Assembly: GCF_964204645.1 (NCBI RefSeq)
Contig: NC_134025.1
Coordinates: forward strand, 14,694,001-14,758,000
From: Tubulanus polymorphus
Lineage: Eukaryota; Animalia; Nemertea
DNA: 64,000 bases
Direction: 5' to 3'
Shown: positions 12,301-25,560 of the stretch, piece by piece
Position numbering within the stretch: the stretch's first letter is position 1
Layout of the letters: each line of letters opens with the position of its first letter
Program-made: the position numbers and the translations under genes
The notes under the pieces: model-generated
The model's database searches: none
What the model was told of the DNA's origin: nothing
Seen by the model: the letters and a program-made list of their open reading frames with translations, nothing else

Positions 12301-12549
12301 GTGGTTGGTTTTAAAGGATGATGTCACAAGATTTGACGATTTACAAGATCTGTGAAAGTATCGGAAAAAATTTGACTGCATGTACAGATTTAATTGGAAA
12401 CTGTTACTTGACATTGGACAGTATTTATCATTGAATGATATTCGCTACAGATTTTTTTGTCCCAAGGGATCCACACATGGAAACTTGCCGCCGACGACTG
12501 ATAGTTTTAGATTACACGTAATGCGGGCTAACTATCAGTGTCTCGTAAA

Positions 12550-14020
12550 TGAAAAAATATTAGAATAAAATTCATATGATGTCACCAATTAGAGGGTGGC
12601 TGAATATTGAGTCTTGGAAATCTCTTCCAATGTATGGCTGCGGCAGCTTAAATACCGATACGTAAAAAATCGGTGTATGTAAGTAGATCGTTATAAATCC
12701 TGGATTTTACCACTAAAATATTCAGACCTAGACCTAGTTTGCTGCTTAGTATTTTCAGGTCACAAGAAATTACAATTTATTACAAATTCTATCAAACAGG
12801 AAACACAGCGCTCATCTTCTGCTATAAAAGTTTAAATGATTATTCATAAGGCCATTCTAAAATAATGGTCTGTTTGCCGTAACCTGACCGACCGACCGAC
12901 TTCAAAGGTGCCGAGTGAAAACTTTTTTCTGGATTCATTGAAATAAATTTAATTTTTTATAAAAACGGCCGACCCACTGCCGATGTATGAACTCCGTATG
13001 TTTGAAGTGTGAACACATGCTTTGACGTGTGGCCTAGTTTAAGTTTTTCAGGAAACTGGCAGTGTTCCAATAAGCTGCCACTCATTCTTAGTCAATACAT
13101 TTAAGCTAGTAACGTAAAAGCGTGCATATATTCAATGTACTATTTCATTTTGAACACAGAGATGACGCCCTGGACGAAGTTATAATTTTAGAATTATTCT
13201 TGAAATCTAGGCTAAACACAAATTTCCCGTGCACAACGCAGATTTGTGATATTGTTTCCATGTAAGAAAAGGTGATAAATTTGTTTCTTTTTTGGCCAAA
13301 AATTTTGCAAAAAAAAATTTCTACCCACCTGCCGACTCATCCTGAAAACTTGAGTCGGTGTAATGGCAAACAGACAATTATTTTGGGATGGCCTAAAGTG
13401 TATTTTCATGTCAAACGTGCACGCACCAGCAAGCAGCGTTACAGAATCACTAGTAGTGTATACTGTACAAGTGTGTGTGTAACTGTCTAGCACTCCCAGC
13501 GCACGTGGAGACCTTATCTGTAAGTGAATGTTCTCTTACACGTCAATGACAATCAAAACAATCCCCAGGGATTAAAATGAAACAATACCTATGGCGGATA
13601 TGTGAAATAATTATATTCTCACCAGCAATGAGCATTTGGAATTCGCACGTTTACGGCACCTAGTCCAATCAAACGTTCGCCATTTATAGCTTTCCCATGG
13701 TTATTTTAGTAGCGCCAGAATTCCCTGTATATCCCAGAAACAGCCAATCACATTCGCTCATAGAGACGACGCCCCCCCAATCGAGGTCATTGCAATTTTA
13801 TATGCAAGAGCTAAGAATTTTCCCGCCATAAACAGTTTTTTGTAGAATTCTAAAAAAGTTGACCATGTCATCGACGGAGGTTCGCCATGTCTTCAATCGC
13901 ATCGATTATACGTCGTTTAGGCCGAGAACCAATAAAACATATGCTCACATAAAAGAACGTACCACGATTTTATATGAATTGGCTCAATACCAACTTCATA
14001 TCGCTGACAAAAGTAAACCA
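12550..14020 (-). mobile_element. Non-autonomous Helentron/Helitron2-like family A, truncated copy with nested MITE
   Basis: Similar to 28375-29260 and ends at ...GCTGACAAAAGTAAACCA. Confidence 0.8.
12850..13393. mobile_element. PIF/Harbinger-like MITE, short form, TAA TSD
   Basis: TAA|GGCCATTCTAAAATAAT ... ATTATTTTGGGATGGCC|TAA. Reverse-complement match to both ends of 58573-59815. Confidence 0.85.
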
Positions 14021-14799
14021 AAAATCGAGAATTTATTCAATCAAGTCAAAATTTTAAAAATACGACGCTTTGCTCTATCGTCATCAGGTGATCTTTACAT
14101 TTTACTGTTAATAATCTATATGATATTCATCGGATGTTATATCTAGTGTGAGATCTGTTGTATCTTAAAAAAATTTTAAATTGATTAAATGAATTCTCGA
14201 TTTTTAACTTTTAATTTGTACATAGTGGGTTTTTATCTGAATATCTGTTCTCCACCTTTGAGTGTGGTTATTCTACGAAAAGTTAAAAATCAAGGATTTT
14301 CCTCCTATATATCTAAATGGTGTGAAATTGATGGCAGTTAACCAATATAAATATTAATCGTACATCATCAGTAATGATCTGCAGGATGATTTACATATAA
14401 AAATGCTATACCGGCAAGTGTGCGCTAGAGGAAATCAACTAGTTAACAAGTTCTCACAATGCTCAGATTCAGTAAAAATTAATTTTTTTCTCTCATACTG
14501 TACCTCTTTACCTCTTTACTGTTCTACTTTATGGTTAAAATTTACACAAGCAACTTATGATAAGTTTGTATAACAATTCATTTTGATTACCGCTTAAGTT
14601 GCATAGATTCTGTAGCGCTTCAAAGAAGTTTGCATTTTCTAAAACTCTTTCTTTTGGAGAATCAATCCTTGTTAATATCAATTCCCTCAGGGCAAGACTA
14701 TCTATGGGCTCAAACAGTCTACTTATTTCTCTTATGTCAACTGACTTTTCACTTAATACCTATTGGCTATCATTAGTTCACTAATTAGATGTACGTAGT

Positions 14800-14952
14800 T
14801 CTTTTTAATCAAATTCATTGTAAATACTATCTATCTTGTAGTATTAGTATACGGTACCAATTGTACGAGATGTATTTTGTATGAATTATTTATGTGTATA
14901 TATGGACATTCATGGTCTGAAGCAAATAAAAGAATAAATAAATAAATAAAAA
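14800..14952 (+). mobile_element. 3' tail of an L2/CR1-type LINE
   Basis: ...catggtctgaagcaaataaa followed by an (AATA)n tail. Confidence 0.45.
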
Positions 14953-16780
14953 TACATGTTGCATCAGTAAAATTCTGATTCATCCTTTCTTTTCATATAT
15001 CTGAATCATTTTTGGAATGTCCGGCAGATCTAATGAAAATGACTGATAATTTCATGTCATGACGATACAATACTAATGGTATTCTAATGAAATGTTAAGT
15101 GAGCCTGTGAAATAATCCCAGGTCATCAGTTCGAAAATGGCACAATATGATAGCCAGTATATCAAATTACAACCCGAAACCAATTAGAATTCTTCTATAT
15201 ATCAACAATTTTGAGATACTGTTACCTGAAAATCCATTGATATCCATAATACGAGATACCTATATGATACAAATTATGCAGTTGTCATGGTTACTGACAC
15301 AAAATCACTGAAATGTCACAATAAACCTTGAAGACCCGACCCCCTGCTTCATTGCAAACACGAATCATTCAAAGTATCAGCACATAGAAAGTGACAAGAT
15401 TGACTCATTCATTGACTTCTTTGAGATTTAAGTGGAAAATAGCTCACTACCCCAGTTTCTTGTATAGGCACTGACAAAATTAAACGATAAATGTTAACCT
15501 TACGAAAGCCCATACACGAAAACCTAAAATTAGTGTAACAGCGGGCTACTTAGGACCATGGTTTAGGCAAACTTTTTAAAGGATTTCTACCCATGAAATC
15601 AAATTAGGTATTGGTTGCTTTGGTATCCGTTTCCTTTGAAATCGCACCAGTTTCCATGGAAACGGATATCGATTTCCCGAAGCAAAGCTTTCGAATGCTA
15701 ACAAATTTGTCCATATGGTATCTCTGTTGAACGGAACTTAATTTCTAGAGGACTTTTTTGTTCTTTGGGTTTACAACAACATTTTAATACTTTGAAAGTA
15801 AGCGATAAATGTAACTCTCTACTTTTTGGTGAAAGGGATTTCTCATTTGAAACAAATAGTACTCTTTTACTGACGGTTGCAAAATATTAACTAGGGGTCC
15901 AGGGACAATCTCTTAAAGAGCTAAGAGATTGGTGTTGTCTTACATCGTTACATGAAATGTTACACATGTTGACTGGGAATCGGAATGGTTTTATTGTAGA
16001 AGTGCAAGCTTTTGGATAGTTGTTATTTGAATATCGTAGTGTCTTAATGGAATCTATCATCATGTTGATAATTGCTAGGCCTAGATGACTTGAGTGACTT
16101 CAGGTGAAGAGAAGCGAACACGAAAATAGATAGGAGCCATGATTTTTCTTTTTAAAATAATAAAGACAAGCAAGAATAAGTTGCATTTCCTTCAAATGAC
16201 AATCCACTACGATCATCCGATAAAGTTTATTGCCACCATAGACTACCACCCCCTGGCTCTTTGAAGAGACAGGGAACCAGTCTTCAATTCAATTCAGAAT
16301 TTATTTTACAGAAAAGCGGTTTTAAGTTTTAGATATTTAAACTGAACAATATGAATGTTCATACAGAGATTTTTCAAATCGCCGCTAATGCAAGCGCCCA
16401 ATGAAAGTAAAAGAAAATTAAAATTTTTTTTTTTAACGTGAAAGTAAATGTTTTATCGCAAAATTTTAATTGTGTCAATAAAGAATGAATTGTCGGCAGA
16501 ACTATGCCGCGCATGAATACCAATTTCAAGACTGATCAAACACGCTCAACCAAGGTTGGTATGCGCTGCTGAAATAACAAAAACGATTAAACAAAATCAT
16601 AAAACAATGAAAACGACAACCGATATAGCCAATATATGAAACGACCCTAGATTTTATTACTGCATTAAATGTGTGTAAATATCAGAGCCCAAGAAAGTTT
16701 CTAACGAAAGTTATCGACTCCCCAAGCAAGTTATCAATCCGTGTGATAGCAATATGGGCTTGCAAGCCTGAAAGCCCATG

Positions 16781-17893
16781 AAAACCAATGACCTTGTAAC
16801 TCACCACAATCATAGAATATGTCAGCAGCTATGATTTTTTAATTGATTGTGATAGCAAAATATGCCTCACGTTACCAATTGAATACGGAAATACTAAGTC
16901 ATTCTCTTATTTAACGCCCCCTGGTGACCATATGCAAAACCCAATGACCTCGAAACTCACCACACTCATAGACCATGTCATGAACTACAACCTTGCAATT
17001 GATCATGGTAACAAAAATATGCCTAGGAACCAATCTAATAAGGACTAAGTTATTGCACTATTCAACGCCCCTGGTGACCACATAGAATAACTAATGTCCT
17101 TAAAACTCACAACAATCATAGACAATGACATAAGCTACAACTCAAGTTATTGTTTTATTCATCGCCCCCTGGTGGCCATATACAAAAAACACTGACCTTG
17201 AAAGTCACCAAAATCATAGAACACTTTATGGGCTACCACTTTCTAATTGATTGTGATAACAAATTATGCTTAGGTATCAACATAATGTGGAAAAAGTTTT
17301 TCCCACCTACGAATGAGTACTGATGACACCAAGATGGCTGCCAATTGCGCCATAATTGGCTGATCAAAAATACCTGTCTCAGGTATAAAACATCCCTTTC
17401 CAAAGAATACCCATCACTACTTGCAATGAGAAATGGCAAACCAGTAGGAAGCTACAGGACTCAGAATTCGGGCCAAAATTAACATTTTTGGGCACTAAAA
17501 AGGTCATAGGACAGCCATCTTGAGTCCGATCTACCCAATTTTTCTTATGCTGATGGGCCCATGGAGGATTCAAATACATACCAATGATCAAGGTAATTTA
17601 TCCGAGCATCTTCAAAATTTCCTTCAAAAAGTTCAAAAATGTGTAAAAAGTGCTGATTTTGGCGAACAACAATGGCTGCCAGTCGGCCATCTTAATTCTG
17701 AAAGCGCCAGTTTTTGGGCCGAAGATGTGTCTAGGGTATATACATGTGTCACCCAAATATCAAGACATTACATTGAAGCGTCTTCAAACTTCCCGAAATA
17801 ACTGGATTCCGTCTATGGATGGACGGACGAAAGGACAACGGACGAAAAGTGAACGCAATAGCCCGCTGGGACTAAAGTTCCAAGTGGACTAAA
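16781..17893 (+). mobile_element. Helentron-associated element (HINE, DINE-1/pearl-like) family C, copy 1
   Basis: ~150-bp internal tandem units, a conserved body, a GGAC microsatellite and a 3' hairpin (ctgggactaaagttccaag). The isolated 5' terminus actaggggtccagggaca is at 15890. Confidence 0.78.
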
Positions 17894-20800
17894 AAACCAT
17901 AAATTGTTGTATCAATTTCTAGCACCGTCATTATGTGATTTGTATGTTCATTTTCACTTTTGGACGTGCTGAAGCTTCTAACAAAACTCAGAATCTGCAG
18001 CGCATCCAGGGGTGAACATATTTGTTAATATTATGTCATATTCAAACTCATTGTGTCACCTTGTGACGAATGTGAGTTTTATTCAAATTTTGTATACAGA
18101 ACTTAATGTATAGAAATTTCAAATGTTTAAAAAAGAAATAGTCATTACCTCTAGTCAGTGCTCATCAATAATTAATTTTTCCCTCTCAAACATGTCACTA
18201 TGTTTTAGCTTGTGAGTCCTGATGGCTACAAGTTGTCTGACACCTAGCTATCACTTCAAACTCATGATTCAAATTTAGATCATCATTCACATTCCAGGAT
18301 GCAATAAAGACTGTATATATATAGTTAAACTGCCTTGTTGTTCCTGATGGATGGAATCTGTACCGTTGGAGTGAATGCTAGTTCCTCAGACAGCCTGCCG
18401 ACATAACGCAGAGCCAGTTTCACATAATGAAGATGAATAATAATGATCAATAGAATTACAAGGGTTCTTTTGCGAAAGAAGCAGAAACCCTAATGACCAC
18501 TAACTATATGAGACTTTGTACCTTCTTCGATGAATAACTCTCTGTTTAGTGAATACAAATTGCTGCAATCGATGACAGATGCATTTTCTCTGAGTTGAGG
18601 GGTGTAACAATTTACAATTTAGTTGATATCAAATTGATCTACTCAATTCAATGCTCCTTCTTAATGTAACAGCGTTTAGGTTATTATCGAAGCAATCCTC
18701 TTTTTGACAGTGCATGGTCATCAGGTCAATAATAATAATAATAAAAGTAATAATAATAATCCAGAGAAAATAGATAGGGTTTTCTGTCAAAAAGTCCCAG
18801 AAAAACTTCTCACTCTTTCTTCAACCTAATTGTTTTTTATTTATACAGTAACCCAATGGTATGTTTAAAATAGTTCATAAATAAATCTTACTTTGAAAAT
18901 GATATTTCTGGCAATAACAACAAGTTGAGAATAGCTGAACATAATGCAATTGGGCCCATCTGTCTGATCCAGCCTTGAAAGTGCTCTTTCTTTGGCAAAG
19001 TTATTTTCATATATAACAAACTCCATATGATCTGTGCATAAACTAAAGAAAAAAGAAAAAAAAAACAATGTGTTGTTCGTATATAAGTATGTACAAAACG
19101 GTATAGAACTTCTAAGCCCCAACTTATCATTAATCATAACATTGTAATAAGTGGTTTTGTAATGAGCAATTAAAATCATTTGTTTTACCATAACACAATC
19201 ATGGATATATGTGTTCATCAGCCTGTTAAGGTATAATTAGATCAATGATGATGATACATACAATTTCTTTAGGTGTGGTAGCTTCTATTTTCTATGGTAA
19301 ATTCTTCCCTAGCTAGTGGCTTATAAATGTCCCCTCCCCAGTAGAAACCGGGTGGGTTGATAAATGGTAATAAGTAATAAACCTTATCTAGTATATTCAA
19401 ACAATATACATTACATATATACTTTCTTAGGACAAGTGGCAAAAGATATGGGCTTCATAGGGTCAAATCAAAAAAGGGTTGTGTATAGTTTTTAGCCATG
19501 GTCAACAGATCCATTGCTACACCATTTCACTTTGATCTGTTGTTAACAGTAGGACTAGAAGTAAATCTAAAAAATCTTCTTACACACTCTATATCCCAAC
19601 AGGTATTTATCATTCTGTGATCATAGCCTGAAGCTAAGGCAAATAAAAAATAGAAGGTAATATAATCAAAGCCATCATACCAATCAGGTGCAAGTAACTG
19701 GTAGAGTTATGGGTTGTCTTTGACCAAAGTACCATTGATGTTGGAATATTCAGTATCAAACACAGGCCAATAGCCAAGTTATAAGCCATCAGCTGAAATT
19801 AAGACAGTTTAGTTTAGAGATTATAGAAATAAAGGTATATGAATTACAATACTAGCTGAAAAACTAGTTGCGTGTTTTACTAGTTGTATATGTGGTGTAC
19901 AAAGAGAACCAGAAGCACCAGCATATAGCTGTCATTAGTTGCTCACTGACAACACATTTTTTTCTCGAAAACAATACCATGAATACAGCTGCAAAGCAGC
20001 GATAACGGGTTTCCTCCTAACTGGTTCAAATGTCACTCCGGGAAGCGTACAAATCGTACAGATTTCATCGAAATATTCTGATCAGTACTATTTCCAAGAA
20101 GCATAACCTAGGGATCAACAATATGCTGGATATGTGGATCCATAAGGGCTACCACGTAAAAAGTACTGATATATCAAGTCTAGTCAAAATGTTTTTCTGG
20201 ATACCGAGGATATGGTGCTTTCGAAGTCCCCTGGTGGCAGTTGGATGAACTACTGTCCGTCGCACATGCTCTCCGTATGTGTATTGATTCAAAATTTCGT
20301 TAAGAATCGGTTGATCTACCATCATGCATCTTACTTAAGCATTATGTTTATGGACTTTGAAACAACTTTGAAACTGAACTTAACCATGTACACTCAATAA
20401 AAATTAATTGACTTCAATAGGCAGCTTCGCCATGCAAATCACAAATGAGGGAATAATAGGTCACAAAATTATTGCATTGTCGGGATTCGAACATGATGTG
20501 GCATCAGTGCGTCTTTGAAGCGATTAAGATAATGTTGAGTACATCCGCCAAATGGTAGTTATACTAGTGGTACAAAATGGCTGCTATTTGAATCACGGAT
20601 AGATGAAACAGTCCGCGGCAAATGACAGATCCTGACAACACTCCAATTACTTGAATTGTGATGGAAAGACAAAATGGCGGATTTTTGATTTGGTGAATTG
20701 ACGTATCTGGACTGATGCAAGTCCAAATCTGTGATTTACGGTTGAGTTGACGCTCAAGGTTGTCCAGTAATTTTTTGGCATTTCGGGATGTACTTTTATC

Positions 20801-21186
20801 GATTGAGTACAATTTCTCGCGACATTCTTGTTCGCTGTTTACCCACAGTAATTTTTTCTTTACGCGGGATTAATTCATAATAACTACACACAAATCTGAA
20901 ATGGTCAGACGGAAAGTAATATTTCTGTCCTCCGAATTGAAAATTACGTTTATAAGCTGTTAGTAGTTGAATCTAAGAGTTACATTTCATAAAAAAAATT
21001 TGACTGGAGGGAAGGAAATAATAAAAATAATCAACAGAATAGGGTTTCTGCGAAAGCAGCCAAAGCGTTTCAGGAGGGTTTAGTTACATTTCAGACTTGA
21101 TGTTAAAAAGTGTTCAACGCTGAAAAAATAATTGGACTGACAAGGGAATTCAAAATATTGACTACTCCCTTGAAAAGCTCTAAAAA

Positions 21187-21498
21187 TAATAATGATAATT
21201 GACATTTATATAGGGCAGGTATCCGAACTAGAGTCTGTTCAAATGCGCTCCAAACTTGGTATTATTACCCCCAGCCTATAACTCTATTCCATGTATCAGT
21301 CATCTCCCCTGGGGAGAGGTAACATCCGAGCAGCTGCTAGGCGCTCAGGAGTCATCTATCAGACCAGGTACCCATTTACTCCTGGGTGGAGAGAGGCAAT
21401 TGTGTCTTGCCCGAGGACACTACGGCAATGTACGGGGTTCGAACCCACGACCTGGCTTCCCAGAGCCGAACGCTCTAACCACTCAGCCACACCGCTCC
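21187..21498 (-). mobile_element. tRNA-derived SINE
   Basis: On the minus strand: A box TGGCTGAGTGG, B box GGTTCGAACCC, central ctctccacccaggagtaaatgggtacc motif (reminiscent of Nin/Deu-domain SINEs), and a LINE-like 3' tail ending in (ATT)n. Confidence 0.85.
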
Positions 21499-21902
21499 AC
21501 TCAAGACTCAAATTAAAATGATACAATGTGTATTTTATTGTGCAATTTCAAAAAAGTGTTTTGTACAAATGGATGCATAATATTAACCAGATGTAAAGAT
21601 AGTTTAAGTGAAAATGATAGTGTAAATCCATTGTATTCCTTGAGAAATGTTTGAATAAATTAACTTTTTCAAAATGTTTCTGTTAAGTCATACTAGTCTG
21701 CAGCATCATCGAAAATATAAAACCAGGGGTTCAGGGGCCCTGTGCCAACCTAGAAAGCAGTCTGAAATGCCATTCAGCATCATTTTACAAATCACAGCTG
21801 TAAATCAATGTCCACCGTCACATTGAAGCTATTACGGCAAAATATTATTGACAAAGATGTAGAATATCTTCCTGTGATTATATAATGAGCCCTATTTGAA
21901 CA

Positions 21903-22610
21903 CAGGGATGAAAACAGAGGCGTTTAAAAAACCCAGGAAAATTTGAAATAAAGTATTAGAGGAAGCCCCTAAAGGGGGGTGTGGGAGCCCCCCCAAGAAA
22001 ATTTTGAAATTTCAAGGTGTTTTTAGCGCATCTGAAGCCCATTTTCCAATGACAAAATGAGACTGCTGCCACGCGGTTGATCGTTCGTTGTTTATGTCTT
22101 GAGTACACAAAAAGGATGGCTCCGACGATATCCAAATCACTAGAACACGTTCATACTTAAATGAACTTAAAAATAACTCAATAAAAAAGAGTCACAAGGG
22201 GAGCCCCTATCTATAACTTTCCAATCTATCACTCAAGAATTAAAACAATGACTACTTTTATTGAGCATGTAGGCTATGCTTTCTTGGATGAATTGAAGCG
22301 TGTGACCGCAGATTCTAAATTTAGATTTCTCGCGCAGCGCAATTGCATGTATACATATTATTGATCTGCACAGTGGTTCTAGACAACATCGGTGTTTCGC
22401 AGTGATGTTGTAATAAAAGATTTCAGAGATCGTAGCACCGGTTTTATGATACGCTTTTACGGTCTGTTCTTTAAGTACGCTACGATCTAACATCAACTTG
22501 TCCCCAAGACCCTAACCCCCCTATCATTTTCTCAACGGATCTACATCGATCTCAAGAATGATAAAAATGGACCTCCAACCGTGGGAATCCTCGGAGGATT
22601 TTCATCCCTG
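21903..22610. mobile_element. hAT-like MITE with 12-bp TIR and 6-bp TSD
   Basis: TGAACA|CAGGGATGAAAA ... TTTTCATCCCTG|TGAACA. A related left end is at 51428. Confidence 0.8.
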
Positions 22611-23660
22611 TGAACATCGTAATATCATATTACGTTGAATATCATGAGAAGATGTATTGTTATAGTGATGGATGTATGATTATATCAGAAGCGGCAGGCA
22701 TAAATAGAAACGATAACTAGATTGGATTATTCGGTCAAAATTGTGGATGTATACACGATGTGGAAGTCTGATATAAAAGTAAAACCCTGGCATGGGATGG
22801 GTCATTATAAAAATGTGTAAACAATATAATTTCAATATTCAAATGTTTTAGAAAATATGTTCGATATTAGGGGTACGCGTTTCATGAGAACAATCCCGAT
22901 TAGCATAGCTGTCATATGCTCCACGTCCTCTGATGGCATGTGTATCTGGTGACAATTCAATTCTTTATTATATTACATATAAAATTCCCAAATTAAATAA
23001 ATTTAAAAATTCCAAAATAAGAAAATACAACATACAAAACATATGCGTAATTCATACAGAATAAAATAAACAAGTTTTTCAAATGACAGATGTCTACTTT
23101 AACCCAGACTCACGAGGATATCGAGTGGCAGCAAAACCAAGGGCTAGGCCACACGATATGCTCCAAAGCCATGATGAAGCAGACATCAGAAGAGCTCTTT
23201 CCTCAACCATGGAGGCAATGAAGTAAATGAAGTCGGTTGCAAGTTATCGTTATTGACAATTTTCAATGAAAAATTAAACCACTATTTACAGTCGAAAACC
23301 TGTATCACCTAGCCAATTGCTGAACCTCATAATTCCCCAAATTTCTTAATACGTCGATTTCAAAATTGCAATCCCACATTAGCTTATCCCAAAAATTCTA
23401 CATTCTTTCGCAGGCGTAAAATAATTTATCAAAAATAACTTTCTTGTTTGGTATTTTCTTTCTCTTATGAGATTTTCAATAAATTCTAAAAATCTATAGG
23501 TCTAATGAAAAATATCTTCATTACTTGTGTCAACTAATTAGAATTTTGTCATTGTTAGCATTCGAGTGTCGCTCCAAAAAGAATGCTGTAGCCCATTTTT
23601 GTAGTAACATATTCGAATTAGCCGTTTTCATCCAGCTTTGTAGCAGGATTTCCAGGTTAA

Positions 23661-24136
23661 CCCATAAGCACTCAAGCAGCCCGTATCGGCCCTGCCTATT
23701 TCTCCTCAAGCCGCCCGAATCCGCCCCGGCAATTTTTTCATATGCTGCACAAAAACGGTGTAGTGGGATTCGAACCCAATAGCTTATGATAAACTACACA
23801 CCTAAGTCGTCGAAACACCGAACAGAAATCAACATCCTCGTATTTCAATTTCTTGAGTATTTCGAGGTTGACCATGACACATCTGAGCACTCACTTCAAA
23901 TCCAAGTTAGTTAGCGTGAATTTTGGGGGGCAAAAGGGCACGATTTTGGTGGCACACCTGATCAGATTTTATATCTTATGAAAGCCTTGACTATTTACTA
24001 CAAATTAACACTAACTTGTAATGCATTGAAATAAACAGCAAATGAGCTATTCGGTATCGTGATTAACTTAGATTTTACCTTTAATTTTCTGAGGAGTAAT
24101 TGACACTACATAGTGAAATTCCTGAGTGCTAATGGA
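23661..24136. mobile_element. piggyBac-like MITE, TTAA TSD
   Basis: TTAA|CCCATAAGCACTCA ... TGAGTGCTAATGGA|TTAA. A second partial copy is at 4645-5010. Confidence 0.82.
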
Positions 24137-24989
24137 TTAAACTAATTCATATTGAATTGAGTGTGCGTTTGTGAAACAGGCATTGAAAATTAATCCCAAA
24201 ATTTTAATTTGAATCTCTGCAGCAAATGCAATCATGGAGGAGACATTACTTTTTAGCTTTTTGAAGCTAATATCTTGGGTTCTGATTTGCGTGAAAAAAT
24301 CACCTATTAGTTCAATGAGGCCCTTTTATTCATTTCGACTTGCAGAAAACTAGGCCTTATTCTCCCAGTTCAAAATAAACTGTGAGATAGTTCAGAATAA
24401 AGATGCTAAAAGGGTTTGCCAAGATTTCTTCCTGACATTTGCATGGGGAACACATGCAATTTCACAAGCAGCCCTAACATTGTTATGAGCCCATCTGATT
24501 ATAAAAGCTTAGAACCAACGATTAGGTTATTAACTATGCAGTTTAATTTTTATTATCATAGGAATATATTATGTACGATCTAAACTGTGCATTCAGTAAG
24601 TAAAATCTAGTGTAAATAAAATATCAGGTCCAATGTTAATAAATTCTGACAATGTGGCTTGGTTAGATACATGTATCAATCAAATATCAAGAAAATTCAT
24701 TTAAGTGTCTTCAAAATTTCTAAAAATAATTGGATTCCGTCTACTGAGACTGACAAATGATCAATCAAAGTGATAAAGGGGAGAAAATAGCCGCAATATA
24801 TAAAGCTTAAAAGTTTATTCAAAATTTAAGTATTTTGGGTAGTTCTTCTGTCTAAAATGACATGTCAAATAAATACACAGTACATGTGTGTATGTATATA
24901 AATATATATGTACATGAAAAAAGACTAGAACCCTGTTATCATACTGACTCATCTAAGCCTCATAACAAATTATAGTTCCTTTTGTCCCT

Positions 24990-25560
24990 TGTCTTGATAA
25001 AATCAAACCTACTTCTCGCCAATTGAATATCGATCTAATTTTCAAGTATAAAAATCAAATTTCCAATTATTGCTCTAATAACAATCTGAACCCTAATGTC
25101 CATAGCGGAGTTGATAGAATTAATTGTTCCGATTGTGACCTTTTTTATATCGGGGAAACTGGGGAGGAATCTTAAGGAACATACACAGGATGTATGGGGT
25201 TAAATCAGAAAATGGGGTAGTCTTCATTCTGGAAAAACCGCATATTATTTTGATTTGCCTAGAGCCAATATCATTTTTCCTAACAGTAATCTAACTAAAA
25301 GAAACATAGTTAAATCTGCTTTGATTATCACTCATTCCGACCACTCTGTCAACCTTAACAAAGATTTCAGCTCAGCCCCCATTATAATCTCGTTTCTGAA
25401 TCCCCATAACTTAAGGTGCAGTGGTTCATGTCTTATTTCATGTACATATATATTCATATACATATACTGTATTTATTTGGCAAGTCATTTTAGACTGAGG
25501 AAGGGTGGTAGCAACAATCCAAAATATCTCTAATTTTAAGGTGAACGTTTTAGATTTCAT
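24990..25560 (+). mobile_element. Penelope-like element remnant (GIY-YIG endonuclease region and 3' end)
   Basis: CSDCD.FYIGETG motif at ~25125-25165 and a KRNIVKSALI segment like the copy at 33.9-34.1 kb. A hammerhead-like CTGAGGA core is at 25495. Confidence 0.7.

Larger units (their letters stand above)
7131..12545 (+). pseudogene. Degraded, intron-containing AcademX-like transposase with XPG/FEN1-like nuclease domain
   Basis: Ordered fragments: YWSLIYLE...AMKP (7131-7261, GTAAGT donor); YLNDLKTLP...NHDSKVKGGIK...AVD (9544-9698); KWMKTAH (9822-9872); and from 11182 LINARQNGK..FVSERL, YELSNVPLSIANADG, IDGM, DRY..SI, W.KFI...NK, HEEVDCRMIYH, TPDTDVFVLL, LTGCDSVS.F..GK, LPPT.DS..LH..RANYQ. 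Many stops and frameshifts. Confidence 0.75.

Noticed and set aside
14480-14790. Minus-strand open stretch (SEKSVDIREISRLFEPIDSLALRELIL...)
   Set aside because: It looks protein-like, but I recognise no motif, start or clear splice sites.
19300-19800. Minus-strand fragments GYWPVFDT / PGFYWGGDIY suggestive of a glycoside hydrolase
   Set aside because: The frames are broken and the motif order is opposite to that of alpha-amylase family enzymes; likely coincidence or an unidentifiable fossil.
21420-21498. tRNA gene
   Set aside because: A and B boxes are present, but the sequence continues into a SINE body and tail, and no complete acceptor stem is evident.
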